Assembly: GCA_032718475.1 (NCBI GenBank)
Contig: JAUCBJ010009134.1
Coordinates: 1 to 64,000, forward strand
DNA from: Nemertoderma westbladi
Lineage: Eukaryota; Animalia; Xenacoelomorpha
Length of the DNA: 64,000 bases
Direction: 5' to 3'
Shown: one piece after another, positions 37,285-49,244 of the stretch
Position numbering within the stretch: the stretch's first letter is position 1
Layout: the number at the start of each line of letters is the position of its first letter
The notes under the pieces: generated by a model
Database searches by the model: none
The model's input: the letters and a program-made list of their open reading frames with translations, nothing else
Told to the model about the DNA's origin: nothing
Made by a program: the position numbers and the translations under genes

Positions 37285-40200
37285 GAAATGCTGGTTTTGA
37301 TTTACTAAAACTGTGGGAGGGACTTCAGATGGGGTTATTAGTTGACAGAACTAACAAAGAAGTAGTCGGAGATAATTGCGAGTCATTATTCCGCAGCATA
37401 CAGGTAGCTTATACAGATAGGTTGATGGAACTCACCGGAAGCAAAGGATGTAAATTGTGCTCTCAAATATTCCTTCTGAGAGAAGATAACTACAGATACC
37501 CCTGACAGCGTGGAGCTGTTTGGTCTGTTTCGGCACTTTGGGTACTCTGTTGTAAATGTTAAAGCAGGGATCAACAAGTTGTAAGGAGTGGTTAGAGAAC
37601 CAAGAACCCTTGTGCACCAAGATCTGGAACTTGTGAAAGAATACAATATATTGTTAAAGAAAAACATAATCCTGGATTACTACAAAGCCAAGAGAAAGTA
37701 TCCAGCAATGGATTTGTCAAAAATGAAACGGTGTTCGGTCCTCAGAGAAATATTGGCAAATGGGTACCCACTCCAAGACGAATCTAGAAATATAGACTGG
37801 GACGACATCTACCAGATGGAATTCACCCAGACATTCGAAAAAGCAACAGGAGCAGATTTAATAAGTATCTTGGAGGACAAATCTGTCACATTAAAGAAAT
37901 CAGAGATATCAGAAACCATACCTAGAGCACTAGGTGATCCGGCAAGGTCCCATGTCATGTACCAATACACATATGGCGATCCTATTATTATTGAGGAAGT
38001 GATAACCGACTTTGAAAATAATGGCTTTTCTTCTGATGATTTAGTGGCTAGGATCAAAGTCAAGGAACGAGAACTAAAGTGGTGGGGAGGTTCTTCTGGA
38101 TATTATCTTGAAGAGCAAAAATATTGATAATCCTTTACAACAACTTAATAAAAAGAAACATTTTAAAAATTAACAGAATAATGACTTATGGAAAAACAGA
38201 AGCTGAAATAGACAGGGACACATCTGAATTTGCAAAAGCAGCAGGGCAAGATGGAAAAGAATTATTCCTTGTTTCTGTCCATTTGGACATATCTAGTTGG
38301 AATGAACTAAATGAGAGCTGATTTGTCCAATGAAGTGGGTAGGCAATTTGATAAATTATTTGGATAAGATTGCTATGCCTCTAAGTTGTTCTCCTTTTTC
38401 AAAAATCAACTAAGCTATCAGCAATTCAGCTATCTGATCTTAGTCACCAAGAGCTCGTGGGAGACAAGGAGCCCACAAGCGAAGGGAACTGGAAATTTCA
38501 TGAAGGAGGGGGCCAAGGTATATTGCAGTCTATTTGGACATATATCACTGTTCTCACTATAGATGCAGCCAAGGGTGTTTTGGATGCCCCTTTATTACAT
38601 AATGGACAAGGAGACAATCAACACATAATTATAAAATTCATGGTAAACAAGAATCCATTCTTAATAATGGAAGAAAAAATCCAGTGTATGAAGAAAGTAG
38701 ACTCATTCGTGAAAGACTTGAAAAGACGATTTGCTAGGATAGGTCAGAAACTCAAGCCAGAAGAGACTTTCATATCAATCTCCATATCTGTTTATGGAAA
38801 AGCCACTCTATACAATGGGGCAAAGTTAAACATGTTGCTAAAGAAGGTACAATCAATTTGTGATTATGGTGACGTCATGGAGTTCTCAGCATCAGCTTTC
38901 ACTGGTGCTGTGATAGCAAATATGGATGCTGCAGCTGCTCAAACCTCATTGGGAGTAACTCTTGAGATTTTTCTATCATTACTATATGAGGAGAATCACG
39001 GATTTGATTGTCGACAAACATCCCATGTTCCGCTTTGGTGGATTATTGGCCACATTAATCAGATTGAAATCAGTTTCTGTTCTTGGAGTTTCGAAATTTC
39101 ATCACTCCCCTTTGAAATCTGATCTGACGTCTCTAGAAGATGAATAATTGAGGTGTTTATTGAAGACCATCATTCTACTTTATAGGTTCATTATATGGAA
39201 TCCCTAATCAATCTTACACTTCTTCAATCATTAGGAATTTTCCTGATTCTTTATGTACTTCCCTATTTTTCCTCAAACTTCTTTATAATACGAATTACCA
39301 AGTACAAAGCAAGACTTTGTTTTACCTAAAATGCCTCATACCGTTTATCTTGAACCCTCACATTATGCCAGAAGTGCACGCTAGGATGTTAATTCTAGAT
39401 CCTGAGTGTATTAATTCTTGGAAAGTCAATTCTGTAGAAGGGTTTGTACAAAATGAGTCAATGGAGTATTTGAGAAAGTGTAGGGGATCGGTCAAACCAA
39501 GACTATTACTAGATACCATAGATTATAATCCAGATTCAACCATGAGGGATCTTGCAGAAGAATTGATAAGTTTCAGGCCCTGTTTTCCCAGAGCATTGAA
39601 ACTAATTACTAATGTTGCAATCCCGGACTTAATTTGAAATTCATCCGGAGAATAGCTAGTTGCAAGACACTAGTAGATATGGCACGGAAATCCCGAGAAG
39701 ATTCTGTGTATGATAGACTGAGGAACAGGGAGATCTACATATTGTGAATCCTGGTGGAGTCAGCAGAGAACTTTCCGGAAGATGTTCACACTAGCGAAAT
39801 GGAAATATTCCAAAAAACTAGTTTTGATATTTTACAACGACTGAGATCTTCTTCTTTTGGTCTTGACATGGAAGAGTTGCTGGGTGTCACAACTCCTGAC
39901 CCTCAAGAACAATTCGATTTGTATGAAGTAACGAAGGAGCATGTCCTAAATATCCATCTTTAGATTCCTCGGAGAAGGGGATGTATATTTGGGGGTCTGT
40001 GGCTGCTAAAGGGAAGACGATGAAAGAATTAGTGTCCACCAAAGGTCCTTATCCTCACTATTTGCGTTCAGTAGTTCAGAGTAAGACTGTCAAAGCAAAG
40101 TTTGAAAAGCATGAACAGCTCGAAATCATAGCAGATATCGTAGCTGTCATAAAATTAATAGGACCCATATATCCCATTGATTCTTCTATAGGTCAGTTAA

Positions 40201-41035
40201 TAATAGGATTGGTCTCACAACTGATTGATGATGTGGTAGGACTTATGGAAGTATTGTCTAATAAATTTGCTGGAAACGCTGTATATCGGGTCATAGATGC
40301 CTATAAAGCCAGAGGAGGACAAAATAACTCAAATCTAATGAGCCATTCTGCTAAGGGAGGAGAAGATTATAATATAAATTATCCAGCTACATTTTTGATG
40401 ATGATTGAGTTGATATTAAATGATCTCATGAAGAAAAAGGGAGACATCAAAACTCCTTTCGCACATGATCACAATTACCATTATCATCCTAAGGAATGCG
40501 CCTTAGTTCCTCTCCCTCCTACTGTCACCCCAGAGGATTGTGATGACAAGCAAATGCTGAAGATCCAGGAAATCCTGAAGAGTATTAAGCCCCTATCACA
40601 ACGGAAAGTCAGAGCAACAGAGTATTTATTAAGGTCTGTCTTACCCCCTATTGTCTACCATGTAGAAGTAGAATACAACTCTTTGAGCCCTCAAGAGAAG
40701 TGGCATTCTGTTAGCTTTACACGGGGGTCCTTAACGGACTGTGGTCCACTAACTGTGGTTAAGCATGGAACTGATAATTGTGCTGGTTGGGCGGCTGGTA
40801 GATTGACAATTGGAGCTTCATTCAAAATACAACCATTCTATTATTTAATAGGATTATTGGGGACTATGATCGTCGACTTAGAGGCCTCATCTAACAAATC
40901 AAGATGGGCTAAACCATGGGATGAATTTTCTTTGGAGCTTAAAGACCATATAATAAGGAAAGGGAATTATGCTGAGTCTTCTTTTTTACTTATGTTTGAG
41001 GATCAAATCATAACGTTTTATTGGGACTGACTCAC
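37285..41035 (+). pseudogene. L: Endogenous viral element: L protein (RdRp and capping domain) of a Mononegavirales-like negative-strand RNA virus
   Basis: Collinear L motifs: ELFGLFRHFGY, pre-motif KVKERELK..GRFF, motif A HLDISSWN, motif B EGGGQGILQSIWT, motif C GQGDNQ, motif D GQKLKPEETF.S....YGK, then RNFPDSL, LDP, PCFPR, GVTTPDPQEQ, GPYPHYLRS, GNAVYR, DYNINY. Multiple stops and frameshifts. Confidence 0.93.
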
Positions 41036-41519
41036 TGATAATGGCTTGATAATGCACTGCGCATCGTGCGAGTGTTGCGGAACATCAGCGCAATAATCCG
41101 GAACCCCACTGTGCGAGTGTTGCGGAACATTGTCTCCCAAGGGTTTTAAGTTTCAGGATGGTTCAGTGCAGCTGCGCATTTGTTCGACCTGTTTGAACTC
41201 GATCAAAAATGCCCCCCCCCCCCCCCCTTAATATTTCGGCCCCGTTTTGGTCAGTCGTCTTGAAATTTAGTGCATATACTATGATATGTATGTGGTATCT
41301 ATGTGGTAACACCTAGTTACTGTTTGTGAATCCGTGAGCTCTGTTCGTTGTTGAGTTCTGTACATGTTCGTGAGTTCTGGCTATCTGTCTGTTGTCTGTT
41401 CTTTTTGATGTAAATACAATACATAAATATTTTATCATGGCTTAGCTTCATTCAACAACATACTCACACTATGTGGATAATGAATGGTTTCTTTACCAAC
41501 GTATGATACTCTGGACTGC

Positions 41520-41915
41520 TAGTCTGTAGGTCTATTCAACTTTGTCTGTCTGTCCGACTGTCTGTCTGCTTGTCTGTCAATTAGAATTACAGTAATGCAT
41601 GTAAAGTTCAATATAATTTTGGAAACAAACACAATATAATTTCAATAATTATATATTATTGATTTACTCATATAAATTTTTTGTTTGATGATGAGTGTAT
41701 CATTTACCTTATATAATGAACAGACAGACCGACAAACAGACAGACAGACTTACTGACAAAGAGACAGACCAGACATACAATAAATTACAGACACCAGAAG
41801 TCATAAAATGTCTGTTTAAAACCATTGTGTTCTTATTCAGCAATTTAGTAGATAAATGTACTTGACTAAAATGGACAGACAGACCGACAGACTGACAGGC
41901 AGACAGACATGATTG
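41520..41915. repeat. Degenerate (TCTG)n / (CAGA)n microsatellite-bearing insertion truncating the Sola2 ORF
   Basis: gtctgtctgtccgactgtctgtct at ~41544 and acagacagaccgacaaacagacagacagac at ~41720 and ~41875. Confidence 0.6.
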
Positions 41916-41919
41916 TATG

Positions 41920-44872
41920 TACATGTATGTACAGTGCCTACTCCATGATCTCTCTCATCACTAATTACACAGTAACTGTAGGACACCAATTTTGTTGAAC
42001 TTGGATCTTTAAGGTAAACAACAAAAGGATGAACTGTTGCCTGTGTGTTGTCCCAGTGATACCCTTGGACAGCATCTTGACAAACAAAACTGTAATTCTC
42101 AGCAAAGTCTAAGAGGATTATGCAGTCTGAGGATGATAGTTCTTCTTTTAACTTTGAAAGCCTTTCTGATTGCATTTTAGATATGAATGAATGTGGCAAA
42201 GCATTATAAATTAGCTTAGAAGCAAAATCAATAAACTCATCAACAGTGCTTAGCTTGACAACAAGTTCAGAGTTAGAGGTCCATTGTCTATATTTAAATT
42301 CTGAATCCAATTCAATGTCATTATCAGAAAATACATGCTCAAGAGCAGAAACAAGGGAAGGGAGACCCGGGCAATTTTGGCATTTGTGAAGCATACAGTC
42401 TCGATTGTCTAGTTCGCAAACAGCTTTATTGAAACAATCCTTATACGAAACATTGGAAGGAAGTGCTTCACACACCAGTTTCATGTTCTGATGTATTTGG
42501 CAAACACAGGTACTGTGTGCTCCATAATTTGAAACTGTAATACACCACTTTGGTCGTAGTTCGCAAAATTTGGAGAAACCAAGTTTACACAGTGGGTGTC
42601 TCTTCTTAAATTCGATATACAGCTCATATACAGATATACAGTTTGTTAAAATAAGCCTTTTTTGGATATGGACACGTTTTTTTAAATCATCTGAGTAAAC
42701 TGATTTAAATTCTTTTTTTCCTGGGCACTGCCTTGAAAATTCATCATCTTGGTAAAAAGATGAAACTATGTCTACAGTTTCCTTACTAATTGTTCTGGAT
42801 CCTTGTTTCTTTTCTACATTTGGAAGTAACCGGTGTTCATTGCGTAGTTTTCGAGCTTGCTTAGCAGTCCAATTTGTCACTTGAAATTCACACACAACTT
42901 TCTGTATTGTCCAACTCTGTGGAGCAAGTGTAAGAATTTTAATTTTTTCCTTTGTAGTATTTGCTAGTGAAACTTGAACTTTTAATCCTGTTACAAGTCT
43001 ACTACAATCTGAACAATTTTCAGAAACCGGTTCCATCGTAGAGGAAGACTGCAAAGCATTGTGTTCTAAATTTAATGCCTTATGTAGTTTTGATCTAACT
43101 GCATCATCAATCCCAGCTGCTTTGTGTTTCCCATACAATTCTCGTGGTCCAGTACTATGGGATTTAATTGGACTAATCCCAAGATTTGTAACTGTTAGAT
43201 TGAGATTGTCTCGAGCTTCTAAGTACTCCGTTTCAGAATCAGCAGATGAGAGTGAGCTGCGACTATCCTCACAAATAATATCCGTTTTCTGCTTGTCATT
43301 GACTCCTTTCCTGCAGTTTGTACATAACTTTTCGCCAGGTTTAAAATTTCGTTGAGGAAATGCAGAATTAAGGTACACAGAAAGGTCTAGATCAATTTCT
43401 CGCATGTCTTTCTTAACGAGCTGTTTATGAGTTTGAAATGGATCACAACAGTTTTTTTGAAAGGAAGAAAACTTATCCAGGAAGTATTTCTCATGATGAA
43501 AACAGACTGTCTCATCCTTGACATCCTCTGGCTTAATTAATACATCAGAACGGCCCAATAGAATTGCTAGGGACTCTGTGGATAGTTCTTTAATTAATTT
43601 TAAACCTTTATGTCTCGTGTACGATAATTTATGACAGGCTTCTTCCGTATTACTTATTACACCGATTGAGCAATAGTTCATGTTGACCAATACGATTGAG
43701 TAATAGTTGTTTACAAAGGTAGGAGAAATATATAATTTTAAGTAAAATATTGGTATTGCAATGCAGAATGTTAGCTCTTAAAAGAACTGTTTTGGTTAAA
43801 TATAGCTGGTTTATAAATTTAGTAAAATTATGAGTGTGCAGTAGTAGCTGCTCAAAAATTACAGAAAGCAAAATTAAGAGACAATAGCAAGATCAGATGA
43901 GGAACTTAAAAACTTTAATAAAAAAAGTGACGAATTTCTCAATTGTTCCTGCTTTTATAGCGGAAGGTAATTCTAGATTAACCGATCAGGTGGCAGTATT
44001 TGTAGAGTTACTAGGATGTATCCAATAGGAAGACGCATTGAGTATCACCTGCCTAAGAAAGCTTGTTCTAGTAAAGTTTTATGAAAAATACGAGGATGAA
44101 GGTGTTTACAAGGAATATTACTTAAATATATTAATTGAAAATGGATATTAATACAATTATTAATTTTATTGACTAAATTAATTTTTCATATTTTCTTATA
44201 TAATAGGTATAGATAGGGCCTATTTTTTTCTTATTTATTAATTTGATCCAACTGTAATTGCTAGCACAGATTAATACAGCTCATATTTTATTTTTTTCTT
44301 ATTACAGTTGATATCACCATTTCATATTTAACCGCCCGGTTACTTTTTTAGACAAATATTTGAACACAAATATTATAATGAAGTTGTCAAATACCCATAG
44401 ATTTTGTTTTAGAATTTCGAATACAATAGTGTTGTGGTTTAGCATACAAAGTTTCATCACCTAAGTGACAGTGCCACACATGTTTTTATGTCCCTGAAAA
44501 CCCTTAATTTTTCAGTCGCGGACAAAATGAAATTTAAAATATATCACAAGAAAACATTAAAAATTCAAATTTTTGATGACATTTTCGGATTCAGCACAGA
44601 AAATTACCCCCATAACAAAATTTACACCCCATACAGAGCAATTTGAATTGGATTTTTTAAAATTAGGGCGTAAAAAAAAATGTCGCGAATGTGTGCGGTC
44701 ATGCGAAAACTTGAATTTTTCAAATAGTCATATCTTAACTTCTACTCAATATTTCTGAGAAATGTTTTTTTTGTTCTTCATATCTTAAACCCATCATCAA
44801 TCTCTCCAAAAATTAGACTGATCCAAGACATAGTGGTTTTTAACATTGGTCGTTTTGATATGGACTGACCCC
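41920..44872 (-). mobile_element. Sola2-type DNA transposon, 5' part (ORF from 43690, ~585 aa, 3' truncated)
   Basis: CCDPF..H, KLCTNCR, FYQDDEFSRQCPGKK, QKRLIL, GFSKFCELRPKWC, CVCQIHQN, LLDFAENY...QGYHW...ATVHP, ISD..DH. The putative terminus GGGTCAGTCC at ~44872 cuts the neighbouring pogo ORF. Confidence 0.8.
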
Positions 44873-46579
44873 ATTGGCTTTGGCTTGTTTTTGACATATT
44901 CCAGAAAAACAGTAACAAACCATGTTTCAAAGCTGTGTCCCTCCATCCATCCACTTTGTGTTACATTGTATGTTGTCCCCTTAGGCCCTCCCTGGAGCCA
45001 TGTCACTACCATTCCGCCTCTTTCTGAGACTTTACCTTTATATAAGACATATGGTGGCATGTATGTCCCAGATGCATTTCCACAGAAGAGAACGCTGAAA
45101 CTGGTTTTGCCTTCACTGGGAAGGATATACTGTGCATCTCTAGTTCCCAACCTGTAAAAGCAATTCTTTGCCTTTGGGTCCAAATTGAGTCCAATCTCAT
45201 CGAGGTTATAAAAGCGATTGGGGCATTCACCAATGTCTAATTTCGTCACTAGATTATTAACTAACTGAAAAAATTCATCCAAAACAGTTGGATTTAGCGC
45301 TTTAGCCCTCCCAATGGTAACGTATTCGGGCTTACGCTTACTAAGTATATTTGCATGCCTCCTCTCGAAAAGGCGAATCCAGGTGTATCCCGGGGTATTA
45401 TTTTTAAACCTGTTTGCTTTTCCTGATGCATCAAGGTATGTTTTGATAACATGCACCAATTGGTCCCGGGTCAGTGGCCAACCACATTCACCTAAGTAAA
45501 TTAATGCGGCAACAACATATTTCTCAACCTCCTCTGATAACAATGGTGGTGCACCACGCCCAAAGTGGTTATGTCTACCTTCTTTCATTGGCCGTTTTCT
45601 CGATCCACTGAAATCATCTAGCACCCATCTAGATAGAGTACTTTTTGGTACCTTGTACCTCAATGCAACCTCACGCAACGATCCTTCATTTGTAGGATCC
45701 TTATAATGTTTTACCGCTTGGAGAAGTTTTTCTTCTGTATAGTTATCGACTGTTTTCTGCTTGAAAGTAATCGGCATATTCAGATATGGTATATAATGTT
45801 AGTTTAAGACCAGATTAAGTCTATTAGGCCTAGTTAGTTCTGTAGTTAGCACTCCTTCAATGTGCAATATGTGTCAGCCGGTACATAAAATCAACTTCAC
45901 AAATCCAGCAATCAGAATCATTCTGCATTCAGCCTCTCATATATAGGCTATATAGTAGGGTGGAGTGAAAAATGTAATTTTTGGCGGGCCTATAAACGGA
46001 CCTATATATCAAATTAAAATCAGCCAAATTTGATCGAGATCTGTCAAGGGGATCATCTGTCATACTCAACTTATATTTTTCAACTTTTGGGCACATTTTG
46101 GACTATATTTGCGCTTTTGTGGTCTCTAGCAAAATTTGCGTTGTAACGCTCGGATGTAAAAAAAAAGTAGTTATAATTAGTTGCAAGCATTTATAGAACT
46201 ACATATAATTCATTGGCAAAGTATAGTAGTAAATTTATTGACTAATGTGTCCCTAATGTAAACACAATTGCCATTTATCTTTCCCAAAAATGAAATTAAT
46301 TTTGCTGTCCCTGAAATAATAATGTCCCTGTTAATTTTAATTAACATTTTGTTTGAGTGGGAAATTTAAATCAAATGAAACGGTTCGTGTATAGAAAAAG
46401 GTGGATTCATCTACAGTAATTAACATACTGCAGTTCAGAGTAGGCTACAATTACACACGGACTGCCTCTGATAATAAACTTGGTTTGTGATTTAAGAATG
46501 TCTGTATCTCCCAGACAAAATGAAGGTTAGCTAAATATGGGAGATAAACCTATATTATGTATCAGTAGGTAGCCAGACA

Positions 46580-46862
46580 ACATTAAAGACAGCCTAACAG
46601 ATCTGCCACAGCCAATACTAAAACAGATAGGCCTAGCCTACTACCGTTGGAATTGATTTCCGCAACAGTGGCTTTACCTATTGTTTGTGATTTCCGATTT
46701 AAGATTACGTTTATGATAGGGTTAGGAATATTTCATAATATGACAAAAATTCTTAGGGTTAGGGTTCGAATGACATTCTGGGTTAGGGTTAGAACTGCAA
46801 TCCACAATGTAATAGAAACAAACAGATCTGAATAAACAGATATGTTAGGCTGTCTCTAATGT
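46580..46862. mobile_element. Small inverted-repeat element with TTAGGG-like motifs inside the hATm 5' region
   Basis: cattaaagacagcctaacagatctg / cagatatgttaggctgtctctaatg; internal ttagggttagggtt. Confidence 0.6.
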
Positions 46863-46982
46863 CTTGTGTTGGTAGGGCCAGCTACTGAACTATGGTTACA
46901 GTAATTACACTAGCACTAGGACTAGGCCTACTTGAATAATATTAATATTAGAAATAATACTAGAGGCCTATATTAATAAAAT

Positions 46983-49244
46983 ATGGCAACACGGTTAGCC
47001 AGTTCTCATATCTATAGCCAGCCACATCCTCTGCCTGAGTCTCAACTGCCTACAAATGGCGATGTGTTGCGCTACATTCAGCTAGTGAGATCACAAATGA
47101 AATCAGCTGCTGGATCACAGAGAGATCCCACTCATTATTCAGTTGCACAAAGTGTTGCAAAATCCGTCCAACAAATCTACACTAAAGCAAGTGTTCCAAC
47201 TGTGACTACAAAGGGTGTCATATTCAAAACACTGAAACTGATGTCTGATGTTCGAAGCCAGCTTGAAAAGGTACCAGATAAACAGAGAAAAGGAGCTTCG
47301 TACTTGGCCAAACTTCAAGAATGGAAGTTAAAGTTTGAACAGCTGTTTGATATTACAGCATGCAAATGTTCTGAAAACTGCAGCTGCAGCAAGGAGAAGC
47401 AGATACCACCTATTGAACGTGAATTCTTGGCAGATCAGAGGAATGCTCGTCAGATGGTCATTGGTACAGTTGATGTCCGAGAAAGTAATAAGATTCAACG
47501 CAGAGAGGAACGGAAAAGACATGAATCATTGCTTCAATTCATTAGCCAAAACGTAACTACTGGTGACATAACTCAAGAAAACCCAGTGGACAGCAGTCAT
47601 GCTAGTTCCCATGATGTTAGCATTGGAGATGGTAGCGACTCAGATACTACATCTGATGCAAATTATGTTTGCTATCATACTGCATCTACATCTACAAATA
47701 CACAAACTCGCATTGGGCTTCAATCTGTGTCCCGTGAAGCTGAGAGATATGGAATCTTGGACCGTGCTGCCGCAGCTATAGCAACAGCAGCAGTAATTTA
47801 TGTCACAGGAGAATTTCATTTGAGTAATGTGATTGACCGTAGCAAGATTCGTAGGTCAAGGAAGAGACTACGAGATGAAACAAATGAAGCATGCCATATG
47901 GAACGTCAATCAACACCTCCTAAAGCACTGTTCTTTGATGGGCGCAGAGACAGTACCTTAGTGAGGGACCCAGCCACTGGGAACGTTAAAATGGCTAGAG
48001 AAGAGCACTATGTGCTTGTAGGTGAGCCAAATAATGTGTTTCTTGGTCATGTATCACCTCCAACTGGATCTTCATCTTCCATATGCCGTGAGATTGTTGG
48101 ATTCTTTGGAGATTCTGAGTTGAATTTATCAAGGGTGGAAGCTTTAGGTTGTGATGGAACCAACGTTAATACGGGAAGGATTGGAGGTGTTATAAGGCTG
48201 CTAGAGGAACATATACAATCTCCAGTGCAATGGATCATCTGCTTACTGCACATTAAAGAGCTGCCACTACGGCATTTAGTACATCAGTTAGATGGTCCAA
48301 CTGAAGGCCCAAACTCCTTCAAAGGGCCTATTGGGAAACAGATCAAGTCATCCACAGCTCTTCTTAATTTACCAAAGGCAAATTATACAAAGCTAGATTC
48401 TGACAACTTTCCCGAAATGCCTGAGAGCATATCATCAGATCTAAGCACAGATCAGAAATATCTCTATCAGATCTGCCAAGCAATCATCTCAGGTGTGTGT
48501 AGTGGTAGATTGATAGCTCTAGAACCTGGGAGACTCTCACACTCACGGTGGGTGACAATGGCCAATAGAATCTGTCGATTATATATCGGTACTCCTGACC
48601 CATCAGCCACCCTCAATGAACTTGTTTGCTATATCATCAAGGTATATGCTCCTGTGTGGTTCCTTATCAAGAAGAACCAAATGCTGAAGGATGGAGCTAT
48701 AAATTTTTTCTTTCTCTTGAACTGGAGCCGGTCGTTTTCTGTTGAGATCAGACAGATAGTCGACCCTGTGCTTCAGCGGAATGCCTATCATGCACATCCC
48801 GAGAGTATTCTGATAGCGATGCTGCATGATGATCGACCATCTATTCGCCAGTTGGCTGTTCGTCGAATAATAAAGTGTCGAGAATCAGCCACAAAGCATT
48901 CAGGCATTGTGCGGCAGTTTGTTGTGCCATGTCTTAATTTTGATGCTGGCGATTACAATGAAATGGTTGATTGGTGGTCTCCATCATCAAACGTTGTCAC
49001 TGAACCCCCTCTTACGATTTCTCTTTCAAATGTTGAGCTGCAGCAGTTTGCTGATTCAAAGCCTCCAGATACTTTTGCACCATATCATTGCCACACCCAG
49101 GGAGTTGAGAGAATGATCAAACTGCTCACTGAGGCTTCTATAAATGTGGTTGGATCAGAGGCAAGAAATGGTGTCGTTCATAACAAAATCATGGCAATGG
49201 CACAGCGCCCCATATTCGATACCAAACAAGACTTCAAACTATAG
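46983..49244 (+). CDS. Intact hATm-family transposase (753 aa)
   Basis: FFDGRRDST, EEHY..VGEP, GCDGTNVNTG, CLLH..ELPLRH (CxxH), HSRW, HTQGVER (catalytic E); no stops. Confidence 0.9.
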   Translation: MATRLASSHIYSQPHPLPESQLPTNGDVLRYIQLVRSQMKSAAGSQRDPTHYSVAQSVAKSVQQIYTKASVPTVTTKGVIFKTLKLMSDVRSQLEKVPDKQRKGASYLAKLQEWKLKFEQLFDITACKCSENCSCSKEKQIPPIEREFLADQRNARQMVIGTVDVRESNKIQRREERKRHESLLQFISQNVTTGDITQENPVDSSHASSHDVSIGDGSDSDTTSDANYVCYHTASTSTNTQTRIGLQSVSREAERYGILDRAAAAIATAAVIYVTGEFHLSNVIDRSKIRRSRKRLRDETNEACHMERQSTPPKALFFDGRRDSTLVRDPATGNVKMAREEHYVLVGEPNNVFLGHVSPPTGSSSSICREIVGFFGDSELNLSRVEALGCDGTNVNTGRIGGVIRLLEEHIQSPVQWIICLLHIKELPLRHLVHQLDGPTEGPNSFKGPIGKQIKSSTALLNLPKANYTKLDSDNFPEMPESISSDLSTDQKYLYQICQAIISGVCSGRLIALEPGRLSHSRWVTMANRICRLYIGTPDPSATLNELVCYIIKVYAPVWFLIKKNQMLKDGAINFFFLLNWSRSFSVEIRQIVDPVLQRNAYHAHPESILIAMLHDDRPSIRQLAVRRIIKCRESATKHSGIVRQFVVPCLNFDAGDYNEMVDWWSPSSNVVTEPPLTISLSNVELQQFADSKPPDTFAPYHCHTQGVERMIKLLTEASINVVGSEARNGVVHNKIMAMAQRPIFDTKQDFKL

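Larger units (their letters stand above)
31749..37285 (+). mobile_element. piggyBac transposon (PGBD4-like), decayed, intron-containing, interrupted by the duplication and gap
   Basis: TTAA-CCG left end at 31749. Exons read EIKAFIGL...MSRDR...IRFDD...SVDETLYPMR (intron GT ~33512 to AG ~33839), KYGINFRSLND...TDRLY...LGTIMPNRIGLP (GT ~34322), and from ~37031 TKDDGKNKPAI..YDFTKGGTDIVDQ...LDTARVNA. Confidence 0.88.

Noticed and set aside
37285-41035. Contaminating live virus sequence
   Set aside because: Numerous stops and frameshifts and embedding in TE-rich DNA indicate an old genomic insertion.
46725-46795. Interstitial telomere (TTAGGG)
   Set aside because: Only two or three degenerate units, inside a small inverted-repeat element.
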